Assembly: GCA_951406725.2 (NCBI GenBank)
Contig: OX597815.1
Location: forward strand, 5,022,001 to 5,086,000
Length of the DNA stretch: 64,000 nucleotides
Origin: Octopus vulgaris
Taxonomy: Eukaryota
Direction: 5' to 3'
Shown piece by piece: positions 1-12,684 of this stretch (its first letter is position 1; every line of letters begins with the position of its first letter). The notes under the pieces are model-generated. The model was given only the letters and a program-made list of their open reading frames with translations, ran no database searches and was not told the DNA's origin. The position numbers and the translations under genes were made by a program.

Positions 1-99
1 TTTTAGAAGTTATAACGTCATCCAGAAATGCTAGATGTCATGTAGATTACGTAATATGTAAACAAACATAAGTTTAATTTTGTTTACATAGACTGAATT

Positions 100-945
100 C
101 TTGGTCGGACGGTGGATCGATCGAGCTATGGAGTGCTCAATGGTGCAACCAGGATTACTGACATGGATTTTGCCGATGATGCGGTTTATTAATGCTGAGT
201 CTCTGGGTATTTAAAAGAGTGCTCTCCTTTCACTAAGTGAAAAAGCGGAACCACTTAGCCTTAGAATTTCATGGGTCGAAACAAAGATCCAGTTCTTCGT
301 TGGCTCCCTGAGGAACTTCATCTCGTCTGTCTCTGTTGCGGGTGTGAATGTAGAACTTGCCGAGCGCTTCTATTATCTCGGCAGTATGATTCATCGCAGC
401 ATTAGTTGAAAGCCAGAAATCTTAAAAAAGCTCGGCCTTGCTGGTGCAGTTGGGCACTCCCTGGACAAAGGAGTCTGGCGCTGCTGATATCTGAACAGGA
501 GGACAAAGGTTTGAGTCTTCAGGGCCCTTATCCACCCTGTCTTACTCTACAGCTGCGAGATTTTGACACTCTTCCTTAGGAAACGCATGAATACTTTTGG
601 TACCAGGACGTTTTGCAGGATCATGGATTATCATTGCTCGGATTTCGTATCCAACCAACGATTCTACGCATGAACTGGGATGTGACTTGTAACTTGCATG
701 ATTCGAACCCGTCATCTCAGCCTTGTTACGCTGCTCGACTTTTCGAGTTGGATTTTGCATGTTCTATTCTCTTCTCTGAGGATCCGACTGGGTGACGGCT
801 CATGTTGGTCGGTTACATGCCAAATGGTCACGGCAGATAAGGAAGGGTCTCGCAAACATGGGGAATTATTGGGACTCTGTTCAGAGGTTGCCCGGGACGA
901 CCCGAGCAAATACTAACAAATGATGAATGCAGAGACGCGGCCGCT
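100..945 (+). mobile_element. Degenerate RTE-clade LINE, reverse transcriptase 3' part
   Basis: Translates to ITDMDFADDAV (from 154), ERFYYLGSMIH and RRTKV.VFRALIHPVLLYSCE, with stops and frameshifts. Confidence 0.8.
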
Positions 946-1709
946 ACAACTCATTCGCTTAAAACCAGCTTTTTAAACAAAGGATTTTAAAAGCTTATTC
1001 AGGGACAACCAGATGGCGGTTTCTAATGAATTTTTTTAAAAAAGATTGAATAAAATACATACTAATTGTTACTTCTTGATGAGACCATGTGAGAGTCGAA
1101 CCGTCTCTAAAACACAGGGACAACGCTGAGAGGATATGGAAGGAATAACATTCTCTACCAAGGAATAACATTCTCTCTCTCTCTCTCTCTCTGTTCCTCC
1201 ATCTTTAAAGTATAATGTTGAGATTGATTTTTCTGTTAGACTGCAAAAAAACCTTGCCACTTAATTGCAGTCTGTTTTAAAATGTATACAGTTTACCTTG
1301 TACGACACGATGTAGCAATGGACGTATTTGAAGTAATCAAACATGGAAGTGGGCTGGCGTTCCACTCAATACAACAACGGTTTCACTCGCTTTTTTTGCC
1401 GTTGCTGCTGTCCGCATTATATTCATTCGATGCTGATTCAGTCTGGCATTAATACTTACAAACTATTTACATCTCCAAGTGATGCTTTTGTTCTTTACTG
1501 TATGTTTTTTTGCAGTGTTAAAACAAATGTTTTATTCTTCCTTTTTCCTCTTTTTTCTCTTCGTTTGCTGGAGAAGTTTTCATCTGTTTTGTGTGTCACT
1601 TTACATTTTGATTGCAATAACAAGTTTTATGGCCGTGAAAGGCGCTCCATTGTTATCATTAGTTAACGGATTTTTATCGAGTTCCTATTTGACATTTTAT
1701 GTACATATA

Positions 1710-1713
<4 letters not shown>

Positions 1714-1744
<31 letters not shown>

Positions 1745-2033
1745 ATAGACATAAATATACATATATATATATAAAGATTATATATATATATATATACACT
1801 CATACATATATTACGTATACGTATACATATACATATATATATATATATATGAGCATGTTTGTGTGAATGTGTGTGTATATATATATATACGCATATATAT
1901 ATACATCTATATATATATATATATATATACACAGATATAAAGATAAATATATATATATATTTTATATGTATATATATATGTACATATATATATATAATAT
2001 ATATATATTTATTTATATTTATATATATATATA

Positions 2034-2074
<41 letters not shown>

Positions 2075-2249
2075 TCACACAAATATGCACACACACACAC
2101 ATATATAATATATATATATACACAGACATACACATTATATTACATATACATACATGTATGTGTGTGCACATGTGTGAGTGTATGTATGTGTGTGTATCAG
2201 ACACACTGTTATAAAATATTGATTTATGTATGTTTTTGCAATATATATG

Positions 2250-2296
<47 letters not shown>

Positions 2297-2632
2297 ACAC
2301 TCACACATTTCTATACACGCATGTGTATATATATTTGTACACATACAGGCGCTCGCGCGCGCACACACGCACACACACACGATCACACACACACACACAC
2401 ATACACCCCCACACACACACGCACACATCCACACCCACGCACACACCCACACACACACAGAGGCACCCTCACTCATATGATTCAATGTTTCATCTCGCCT
2501 CTTAGTCAATCAATTTTTCTGTACATTCATACACATATACAAATATGTAAATCTAAAGAACAGAGAGCGAGAGAGAGAGAGGGGGGGGGGAGAGAAAGAG
2601 TGAGAGAGAGAGAGAGAGAGTGAGAGAGAGAG
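1714..2632. repeat. Compound (TG)n/(TA)n/(CA)n/(GA)n microsatellite block
   Basis: Seen directly; it explains the [12 protein letters not shown] ORFs. Confidence 0.95.
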
Positions 2633-2861
2633 AACAAGCTTCATACTTGTATAACTTCCTATAATAATGCTGTTGGTAAAAATAATGGTTGGTACGAAGA
2701 TACGGAATGATTTAATCATAAAATTTATAGAACATTTACGATTGTATTCCTGTTAAAATCGACACGCTAATGCCAACTCCCCCCCTCTCTCTCGATTCAA
2801 AGCCTTTTCCAGATCATCGTCATCATCATGATCATGATGAAGATAATGATCATCATCATCT

Positions 2862-2956
<95 letters not shown>

Positions 2957-2972
2957 GCTGTTGTTGTTGTTG

Positions 2973-3018
<46 letters not shown>

Positions 3019-3019
<1 letters not shown>

Positions 3020-3576
3020 GAGGGAGAGAGCAGTTCATGCCATCAAAGTGACACTGGGGTAAAATATACGAAGCCCAATATACCCATCATAACTACCCGT
3101 CTGATAAAGGTACACCAGGCACATGCATCACAACCATATGTGCGCGACATGGTGATCTCATAACAAGATAAACAGCACATAACCTTGCAGGTGGGGCCCA
3201 GTTAGAATTTTCTTCAGGTTGAGTAGCCCATCCCGCTCAAACGGTCCCTGAATAAGGGTTGTTTAAGGATGTTGAAAAAACCACCCATGTTTCCAGAGGT
3301 GAATTATCCAAACCCCAAAGAATCCCTCTCAACACATGGCTATGATGCTCCCCCACTACTTCTGCTTGTGATCAGAGCTGCACATATCGTCAGCCACTAA
3401 GGGACATGCTCAACTGGTTAAGGTCAAACAACTGATAAGCAAATCTGTGGTATTGAGCAGAATATTTGCTGTAGCCCATCTTTTATACCAACACAAAACA
3501 ATGGACATGATAACACTTCCAATCAGTTAAGATCAGAAGCCATGAGACCCACTGCCCCTGGTACTGCATCAGGGCA
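3019..3576 (-). mobile_element. Unclassified ~555-bp interspersed repeat embedded in (TAA)n tracts
   Basis: Near-identical copies at 28491-28968 (opposite strand) and 33354-33595; each is adjacent to trinucleotide microsatellites. Orientation is inferred from the (TAA)n tail. Confidence 0.75.
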
Positions 3577-3664
3577 AGTTATTATTATTATTGTTGTTGT
3601 TGTTGTTGTTGTTATTGTTGTTGTTGTTGTTCTTCTTCTTCTTCTTCTTCTTCTTCTTCTTCTT

Positions 3665-3695
<31 letters not shown>

Positions 3696-3705
3696 TCATG
3701 GTTAA

Positions 3706-3910
3706 GGCGGCGAGCTGGCAGAATCGTTAGCACGCCCAGGCCAAATGCTTAGCGGTAATTCGTCTGTTGCTACGTTTTAAGTTCAAATTCCGCCAGGTTG
3801 ACTTTGCCTCTCATCCTTTGGGGGAGGGGGTCGATAAATTAAGTACCAGTTACATACTGGGGTCGATGTAATCGACTAATCCCCTCCCTCCCAAATTTTC
3901 AGGGCCTTGG
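3706..3910 (+). mobile_element. tRNA-derived SINE family B (head ggcggcgagctggcagaatcgttag; core gtcgactttgcctttcatcctttcggggtcgataaattaagtacc)
   Basis: A-box/B-box-like head; about a dozen copies in the window. The core resembles, from memory, the Meta/MESC-type SINE central domain. Confidence 0.8.
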
Positions 3911-3911
3911 A

Positions 3912-4663
3912 TTATTATTATGGCATGTCTTAGGTTCTGTCTCATTCCTGATAGTATTTATGTGGATAGCGGGTTACTACCTCTAACTGTAGGCATCCCC
4001 AAGCTTTCAGCAGTCTTTCAAGTGCTTAGAACCCTCCTGATAATCCTTGCTATCCCTAAGAGACAAGCTTCGTAGGATCTCTACTGCGCATTCTATTTCA
4101 ATCTCCTTCAGTCATTTGTCTATATCTTTGCTTACTGTTCCCAACGCACCAAGTATAGGCACCACCTTTACCATTCGCATGCTCCAAATTCTTCCTATTT
4201 CAAATTCTAAGGGATTGCATTTTTGTTTTTGTTTTCTTCCCCTTCCTTTACGATCCTGGAATCAAACGGGCATGATGGGTCGATAAGTAAGCAACTTCGC
4301 TATTCCTTGGCACGATCAGTTTGTAAAAGTTTTACACTGGAAACTGCGCCAGAAATGGAGATTTGAAGCCGGAAACATGGTTCAATCATCGAGTCCAAAG
4401 AATACAGGAATCGGAGAAATAGATTTTGTGGGACTTTCCTATTCAAACGGACAAGAAGATAGAAAATAATAGACCAGACACTTCAGTTATAGATATAAAA
4501 GCGAATTTGGTGACTTATCGACCCATCATGTCCGTTTGATTTCAGGATCGTAAACAAAGAGGAAGAAAAAAATATAATCCCTTAAAATTTGAAATAGGGA
4601 GAATTTGGAGCATGTGAATAGTAAAGGTCGTACCTATAATAATTGGTGCGTTGGAGAGAGTAA
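3912..4663. mobile_element. Restriction-like-endonuclease (R4/Dong/NeSL-type) LINE 3' end with an inverted 5' portion
   Basis: Plus 4300-4663 reads LHWKL..., LWDFPIQTDKKIENNRPD and VVPIIIGALG-like motifs. Minus 4300-3912 repeats the last ~170 bp and runs on to a (TAA)n tail. Confidence 0.75.
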
Positions 4664-4870
4664 GTATAGGATTAATCGAAAAATCAACCAGCTAAAATAT
4701 TGCCAAATATTACTCAAGTATACACACATACACAAAAAAGAAAACATCACAAAAACACACACATACACTCAGATACACACATATAAAAGAAAACACCACA
4801 AAACACACACATACACACGGCTGGTGACCAAACACATACACACAGGTGGAGACACTCAAAGGAATACATC

Positions 4871-5263
4871 TAGGAGTGGCTGTGTGGTAAGTAGCTTGCT
4901 TACCAACCACATGGTCCCGGGTTCAGTCCCACAGCGTGGCATCTTGGGCAAGTGTCTTCTACTATAGCCTCGGGTCAACCAAAGCCTTGTGAGTGGATTT
5001 GGTAGACGGAAACTGAAAGAAGCCTGTCGTATATAGGTATATATATATATATGAGAGTGTGTCTGTGTTTGTCCCCCTAGCATTGCTTGACAACCGATGC
5101 TGGTGTGTTTACGTCGCCGTCACTTAGCGGTTCGGCAAAAGAGACCGATAGACTAAGTACTGGGCTTACAAAGAATAAGTCCTGGGGTCGATTTGCTCGA
5201 CTAAAGGCGGTGCTCCAGCATGGTCGCAGTCAAATGACTGAAACAAGTAAAATAGTAAAAGAG
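4871..5263 (+). mobile_element. tRNA-derived SINE family A (ggagtggctgtgtggtaag head, internal TA/TG microsatellite; octopus OK-like)
   Basis: Near full-length copy matching 8847, 38892 and 60881. Confidence 0.85.
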
Positions 5264-5299
5264 AGTAATCAAAAGAAAAATCCTAATTTTTTTTCAAGA

Positions 5300-5399
5300 A
5301 GAGAAATTCTTCACAGTATACACACCTATCAACCCACAGCTGGTCATTTTCCAAAGCATATTGAAAGAACATTCAACACTATACACACACACACACACA

Positions 5400-5459
<60 letters not shown>

Positions 5460-5775
5460 TTCTCACTCTCTCTCTCACACACACACACAGGTGGACATAA
5501 AACCCATTCAATAAATGCTCTTTGGCCACTCCCTTGATAGGAACACACAATGATTTCTTTTAGACAATAGACACCTCTTCTCTCACTCTCTAACACTCTG
5601 AACTCTACTCTAAGCTATATTTAAGGAAGACTCCAACGTAAAATCTCCAGACATGTTCTCGACCACCAGGCAGAAGATAGGCTGTTTTTATTTCAAAATT
5701 TTCAAATTTTTATGAAACTTTTTCTAATACTTAATAAGATGAAATACATCGAAACCGGTAATATTAATATTTTTA
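5300..5775 (+). mobile_element. Highly degenerate Penelope-like element 3' end
   Basis: Weak GIY-YIG C-terminus-like sequence (LYLRKTPT.NLQ), then a decayed minimal hammerhead at 5725-5766 (gatg-aaata-catc GAAA ccgg TA). Confidence 0.45.
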
Positions 5776-5780
5776 TATAT

Positions 5781-6006
5781 ATTTCTTTACTACCCACAAG
5801 GGGCTAAACACAGAGGAGACGAAACAAGGACAGACAAAGGGATTAAGTCGATTACATCGACCCCAGTATTCAGCTGGTACTTAATTTATCGACCCCAGAA
5901 GGATGAAAGGATAAAAGTCGACCTCGGCGGAATTTGAACTCGGAACGTAACGGCAGACGAAATACGGTTACGCATTTCGCCCGGTGTGCTAACGATTCTG
6001 CCGCCT
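5781..6006 (-). mobile_element. SINE family B
   Basis: Reverse complement of the family B head, core and tail A. Confidence 0.8.
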
Positions 6007-6239
6007 TCAATTTTTATTTATATAATCTTTTATTAAATTCCATCTTAAACTGCAATGTCTTAAACCTAATTCTGTGCTATTTCCACCTCTATCTTTTTCA
6101 TATATAAAAATTTGATGTAAATAGATCTCTACTATATTTATATATGTATATATTAATAAGAGAAGGTGGATTGGACATACTTCGTAACATCACAACAATT
6201 GTGTCAACACATCATTACCAAATGTTAATTCTGTTCCTG

Positions 6240-6486
6240 TTCTTTCTCGAGCCATGCCAGGGTCATAAGGGCCGGTTTCCCGTTTTCAGTGGCGTAGAAA
6301 TTCCCCACCTAGACGGGATGCCAGTCCGTCGCAGCGTTACTCATTTTTGCCAGCTGAGTGGACTGGAGCAACGTGAAAACGAAGTCTTTTGCTCAAGAAC
6401 ACAACGCATCGCCCAGTCCAAGAATCGAAACCACAACCTTACGATCATGAGTTCGACACCCTAACCACTAAGTCACGCACCTCCAC
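6240..6486 (-). mobile_element. tRNA-derived CORE-like SINE family C (tail type 1)
   Basis: Minus strand has a tRNA-like head plus ttgtgttcttgagcaaaagac...ctccagtccactcagctgg. Confidence 0.7.
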
Positions 6487-6529
6487 AAATGTTCATTGCT
6501 TCATCATAAATAACACGGCGTCAATTAAT

Positions 6530-6694
6530 ATTTATTTCCTTATTGCTCACAGGGGGCTAAACATAGAGGGGACAAACAAAGACAGACAAAAGGCTTCAGT
6601 TGATTACATCGATCCCAGTGCGTAACTGGTACTTATTTAATCGCCCCCGAAAGGATGAAAGGCGAAGTCGACCTCGGCGGAGTTTGAACTCAGA
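6530..6694 (-). mobile_element. SINE family B, 5'-truncated
   Basis: Core plus tail A. Confidence 0.75.
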
Positions 6695-7584
6695 ATATTA
6701 ACCAGCAATAGTGACATATGCATCTATTTGTTTCAGAGGTCATATTATATAAATGTAAAGTATAGAAGCCATCTTAACATGGCTAACCACATAGGGGAGG
6801 GGGTGTTACTGTAGCTCTATAGCCCCAAGAGATCGTCGTCTCCAGCTGATTTAGACACCATTTCAGTGCCCTTGAAGTATTTGCAAAGGGAGGCCATCCC
6901 TTCCTCGCAAGCCTGAGTGATACGCTCGGACTAGTTTCGGGATTTTTGCCCCTTGTCAACGGGCGGTAACCACCAGGTCGCGATGAAAGTGAAGGCTGCT
7001 TTGCAAATATATAAGAGTTTTTCTAGTGACGTCTGCCACTGATTTCGAAAAACTGACAGTAAGCATTATTAAATCTCAGAATGAGATTGAAACAGTAATC
7101 GCTCGATATTATATAAATGTTTTCTGAATAAGGCATTAAAGTCCCTTCTTTACGTTGCTAAATTATGAGACAATGATATTGAACACTGAAGGCCCCTTGA
7201 AGAAAAATATTCTCTTAAAAAACTCAGGGCGGCAGAAATAAATTAAAGATACCATCAAAGTACATGATCCTTTGGAGGTATAATTCTAGGTGGCATCAGC
7301 GCAGGATCTGAGTAGATCAAAAACCAATAATACATAGAACAAATTTTCGATATTACACCTCAATCAAACTTTATCTCATTCTTTTGAAATTAAATGCATA
7401 CGTCAATATACCTGAGGTTTTCTTTAGTGACGTAAGAAGGAAATACTTCCGGTTCGTTTTCTCACAAATATATCATTATTAAAGTGCACTTGAACTCTAT
7501 AGACTTGAACTCTATATCACTGTACAGTTAGACTGCACAAACTGTAAAGTACATTCATGTTCCATACACTGTAAAACACATTTA

Positions 7585-8059
7585 CAGTAATCCCTCGACT
7601 ATCGCGGGTAATAAGTTCCACAACCCCGCGATAGGTGAAAATCCGCGAAGTAGGAAAAGTACTGTACTGTACTGTATATTTTTTGTGCATTATTTCTATA
7701 TTATTTCTATAATCAAAATCAAATCAAATCACAACCAAATGGAAATTGTAGTTGTGATTCCTGTGTCAGTGGCGCGTAAACAGCACCATCCGAACGTGGC
7801 CGATGCCAGCGCCGCCTTGACTGGCTTCCATGCCGGTGGCGCGTAAAAAGCACCATCCTAACGTGGCCGATACCAGCCCCCTCTGGCCCCTGTGCCGGTG
7901 GCACGTAAAAAAGCACCCACTACACTCTCGGAGTGGTGGGCGTTAGGAAGAGCATCCAGGTGTAGAAACACAGCCAGATCGGATTGCAGCCTGGTGCAGT
8001 CTCCTGGCTTCCGAGACACCAGACGAACCGTCCAACCCATGCCAGCATGGAAAACGGAC

Positions 8060-8090
<31 letters not shown>

Positions 8091-8195
8091 TGATGATGAA
8101 CGATGATGATGATGATGATGATTTGTATATATTTATTTTATTATAAATGCAAAACAACAGCAATCGGTGAACCGCGATACGGTGAGGGATTGCCG
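7585..8195. mobile_element. Tigger/pogo-like MITE interrupted by a retroposon tail
   Basis: TA|cagtaatccctcgactatcgcgg ... ccgcgatacggtgagggattgccg|TA, imperfect TIRs. Confidence 0.7.
7712..8121 (+). mobile_element. Retroposon 3' region (RTE-related/SINE) with three ~60-bp internal repeats and a (GAT)n tail
   Basis: Repeated gccggtggc(a/g)cgtaaaaagcacc units, the motif gcgttaggaagagcatccag, and a terminal (GAT)n. Confidence 0.65.
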
Positions 8196-8266
8196 TATGT
8201 TCTACACGCTGTAAAATATATTTGTATCGCTATACACAGGGAAGTACGTTTAGATTGTATGTACTA

Positions 8267-8664
8267 CTAGCAGTATCGCCCGGCGTTGCTCGGGTTTGTA
8301 AGGGAAATAACTATACAGCATTTTTAGAGAGTTATAGCCAAAAAATAGCAAAAAAATGCATCAAAAATGGAAAAAATATGATGGTAAATTTTTTTAAAAA
8401 TCGTAGACTCATCGTAGACATTTTTAGAGAGTTACTTCCCTTATATAATAGCGAAAAAATGCATCAAAATGGAAAAAAAGATGGTAATTTTTTTTTAAAT
8501 CGTAGACTCATCGTAGACGCGCGCTAATACCCAGAAGGGCTCGATATGAATCACGACTATAAGATACCCGGTTTTGGTTAAACTGCACCGTAAAATGTGG
8601 GAGTAGTTAGGAATCTAAATCGTAGGAGACAGACAGCACACAACCTCTCTTTTATATATAAAGA
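8267..8664 (-). mobile_element. Non-autonomous Helitron, family H1
   Basis: Minus strand A|TCTTTATATATAAAAG ... acaaacccgagcaacgccgggcgatactgCTAG|T: TC/CTAG termini, subterminal hairpin, AT target, no TSD. Confidence 0.9.
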
Positions 8665-8846
8665 TTACTGGGATCAATCTGTTGGAGGAAACCCGTCAAG
8701 GCATTGCCCCAGCATGACCGCAGTCCTACGATTGAAACAAGTGAAAGGATAAAAGATAAAATAATAAAAAGATACGTATTTCGCTGTATTAGCTGATGTG
8801 TGTGTGTTCGTGCGCGCGCATGTATACAGCACATAGATAATATATT

Positions 8847-9204
8847 GGCGCAGGCGTGGCTGTGTGGTAACAAGCTTGCTTACCAGCCACATGGTTCTGG
8901 GTTCAGTCCCACTGCGTGACACCTTGGGCAGGTGTCTTCTACTGTAGCCTCGGGCCAACCAAAGCCTTGTCAGTGGATTTGGTAGATGGAAACTGAAAGA
9001 AGCCCGCCGTATAAATATATATATATACATCGCTTGACAACCGATGTTCGTGTGTTTACGTCCCCGTAATTTAGGGGTCCGGCAAAAGAGACCAATAAAT
9101 ACTAGGCTTACAAAGAATAAGTTCTGTGGTCGGACTGTTCGACTAAAGGTGGTGCTCCAGCATGGCCGCAGTCAATTGACTGAAACAAGTAAAAGAATAA
9201 AAGA
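8847..9204 (+). mobile_element. SINE family A
   Basis: Head and 3' half match other copies. Confidence 0.85.
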
Positions 9205-9324
9205 ATATATATATATGCGTGTGTGTGTGTGTGTGTGTGTGTGTATGTACCTCAGCCTATGTATATATGTCTTTCTGTCTCTGTGTCTGTATGTATGCAT
9301 GCATGTATGTATGTATGTGTATGT

Positions 9325-9378
<54 letters not shown>

Positions 9379-10031
9379 GTGTGTGTGTATGTGTGTGTGT
9401 GCATATATGCCTGAGTGAGTGTGTATGTGTGGATCTGTGTGTTTATGCGTATGTATGTGAATGTGTGTGTATATGTGTAAGTGTATGTGTGTATATGTTT
9501 GACTGCATGTGCGTGTGTGTGTGTGTGCGTGTGTGTGTGTGTGCGTGTGTGTGTGCGTGTGTGCATGTGTGTGTGTGTGTGTAGGAGAGAATCGGCGAGG
9601 ATGAAGTGAGTGTGACTGAAATAGAAAACCGAAGACGATGAAAGAGAACCAGGAAGTGAGGAATCTTTGATTTCCGACAACGGCAAATCCTTGAAAGATT
9701 CTCTACAAATCCAAGAACTAATAACAACAGTGATGGGTATGTTCTTTAAATAAGCCTAAATAGAAATGAGGATTTAGAAAATTGTAATTGAAGGAGAGAG
9801 GAAACACTGGCAGACGACAAAAGAATTGGAAGAAAGAAGTGAATAAATGTTTAAAGAAGAAGAAGAAAAAGAATGAAAGGAATAATAAATGTGGAAGAAA
9901 AAATTGGATACAAAGAAAGAAAGAGAGGAAGAAAGAAAGAAAGAAAGAGAAAAAGAGAAAAGTGGTGGTTAAGTATTTAAAATTATAAAGAAAGAAATAA
10001 GTTATTTTTATGTGTGTATGTATATATACGC

Positions 10032-10140
<109 letters not shown>

Positions 10141-10162
10141 CACACATACATATATAAGAGAA

Positions 10163-10394
10163 AGGCGGTGAGCTGGCAGAACTGTTAGCACGCCGGGCGA
10201 AATGCTGAGCGGTATCACGTCTGCCGTTACGTTCTGAGTTCAAATTCCACCGAGGCCGACTTTGCTTTTCATCCTTTCGGGGTCGATAGATAAAGTACCA
10301 GTTACGCACTGGGGTCGATGTAACCGACTTAAATCTCTTTGTCTGTCCTTGTTTGTCTCCTCTGTATTTAGCCCCTTGTGGGCAATAAAGAAAT
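10163..10394 (+). mobile_element. SINE family B, full monomer with tail A
   Basis: ggcggtgagctggcag ... gccccttgtgggcaataaagaaata. Confidence 0.85.
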
Positions 10395-11241
10395 ATATAT
10401 ATATATATGTATATATATAATATATATATATATATAAGGGAGGAAAGGACGAGGACAAAGAAGAAAAGTAAGTCGATGAGGAGGGAGGAGGTGGAGGTGG
10501 AGGAGGAGAAGAAAAAGAGGATGAAGAGGTAGACGAATATGAAGAAATAGGCTGACGAAGAGGAGGAAGTGGGAGTGAGTAAGAAGCATGGCGAGGAAGG
10601 GAAGGAATAGGAAGAAGAAGAAAAAGAAGAAGGAAAATGAAGAGAAGGAAGAGGAGGGAGAAGGAAAGTAAGGAGAGGACAGGAAGGAAGAGGAGGAGAA
10701 GGAGAAGAATGACAAAGACAAGAAGAAAAAACGTGATAAATCATCGAAGTTAGAGAAAAGGAAAAAAGAATCAAGGGTACGTTTAATGAAATATGTAAAT
10801 GAAATTAAGAAGGAAAAAAGAATGAAATGATTAAATAATTGAATAAAGATGATTAATAATGTAAAAGGTAAATAAGTTCTAGCAAAAAATAGCTTCCAAA
10901 TGCGAATATCAAGCGTTATATGTCGTCCATAATATTGTCAACCATGTTTGTGGTTTGTTTGTTTGTTAAGGATGTTGGCAGGCAGAACAAGTATTGTTAT
11001 ATCTCTGCTGTTGTTTTGTAGCTTTTAACGAAATGGAAATTAAATATGAGAAGAAAATGAAGAAAACAATTGAATAAACTAAAGAGGAAAGAGAATAATA
11101 ATAATAATGATAATAATAACAGTAAAAGAAAGACTATTTATTATGAAGAGGAAAGAATTTATAGAAAGAACGAAATTTATTGTGACGAGAAAATCACGTA
11201 AACGGAAATATAGAGAAAAAATGGCGCTTGGCAATCATTCA

Positions 11242-11334
<93 letters not shown>

Positions 11335-11829
11335 GGGAGAGAGAGAGAGAGAGATTGTTAATCCTAGAATATATTTGAAATGTGAGGAAGTGTTTTCTCA
11401 GTTGATTAATAATAATGATAAATGTCTACACGAAGGAAGTCCTCTTCACGGCCGTCCACCCTGCTAGAAATAACAGTCACATCTTTATAATGTAAACAGA
11501 AGAATCGTTTCCAAATTAATTAATTATTGATAAACTAATCAGTGTATATTTGTAATAGGAATGCACTATAAAGGCACTTCTGAATCAAATCGTGTCCCCA
11601 GAGAAATCAGAAGGACGCCATGTTGGCATTTACCTCGTTTGTGTGCTTATAGAAGCGTGGCGCGTGTGTGGCTGTGTGCTATGAAGCTTGCTTTAGTCCA
11701 ATAAAATCAACTCCTCTACATATTTTATTAAGCCTGATAATTATTCTATCGACCTCTTTTGCCGAACCGCTAGCATACTGGGACGTAAACACCGGTTGCC
11801 AAGCGATGGTGGGGGATAGACGCATACAG

Positions 11830-11868
<39 letters not shown>

Positions 11869-12016
11869 AACACACACACACACACACATATTAAGGGCGT
11901 TACTATACATTAAAGCCTCACGCTAGGAGTGACCCTTAAAGTCAAAAACTACCATAATAAACGCATTGTAACGAGCGCGAGGGAATGCAAGTCTGGAAGC
12001 GAGCCTTGTAAAACCA

Positions 12017-12091
12017 GATTCAGTTGCAGATCATATGATTTCATAATTAGTGCACGTAATGCACTTTTTAATCGTCAGTGCAAACATAATC
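12017..12091 (-). ncRNA. Type I hammerhead ribozyme motif (U10.1/U11.1 variant)
   Basis: TTGCA CTGACGA t-taaaaagtgca-ttacg-tgcactaatta-t GAAA tcatatga TC^TGCAA: 5-bp stem I, palindromic stem III, AUC cleavage triplet. Confidence 0.7.
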
Positions 12092-12610
12092 AAGACATAT
12101 AAAAATGAACAAAAAATCAACACACGAGACGAACACCACATGTATCCAGCAGAGTACATAGAATTGTTCACACTTATATAACTATCTAAGAGGAGGGCTT
12201 TTCGAATTGCATCTCGGCACAAGTGTTTATTCAGAATAAAATTTAGCACTGAATATATTCCGGTTAAAATTACAATTTAAAAATAGGATAAAATCTTTAT
12301 AAGAATTTATCAAGTAGTTAGCGTGAAAAACCTCATAAGAGAAAATTTTATTAATTATTTAAATATATTTATTTATATTAAGGGCATTACTGTACATAAA
12401 TGCCTATTTTATCGTATTTTTAAATTGTAATTTTAACCGGAATATATTCAGTACTGAATTTTATTCTGAATAAACACGTGTACCGAGATGCAATTCGAAA
12501 AGCCCTCCTCTTACATAGATATTTAAGTGTGAACAACTCTATGTACTCTGCTGGATACATGTGGTGTTCGTCTGGTAATGTTGATTTTTTTGTTCATTCG
12601 TATGTGTCTT

Positions 12611-12684
12611 GATTATGTTTGCCTGACGATTAAAAAGTGCATAACGTGCACTAATTATGAAATCATATGATCTGCAGCTGAATC
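12611..12684 (+). ncRNA. Type I hammerhead ribozyme motif, second copy with weakened stem I
   Basis: tttgc CTGACGA ttaaaaagtgcataacgtgcactaattat GAAA tcatatga TC tgcag. Confidence 0.55.

Noticed and set aside
1663-2623. [12 protein letters not shown] ORFs here and throughout the window
   Set aside because: Translations of dinucleotide and tetranucleotide microsatellites.
9585-9740. Plus-strand exon-like stretch KTEDDEREPGSEESLISD...TTVM|gtatgt
   Set aside because: No polypyrimidine acceptor, no partner exon, no recognisable domain.
10436-10775. Purine-rich stretch giving Ser/Phe/Leu-rich ORFs
   Set aside because: Low-complexity GA sequence.
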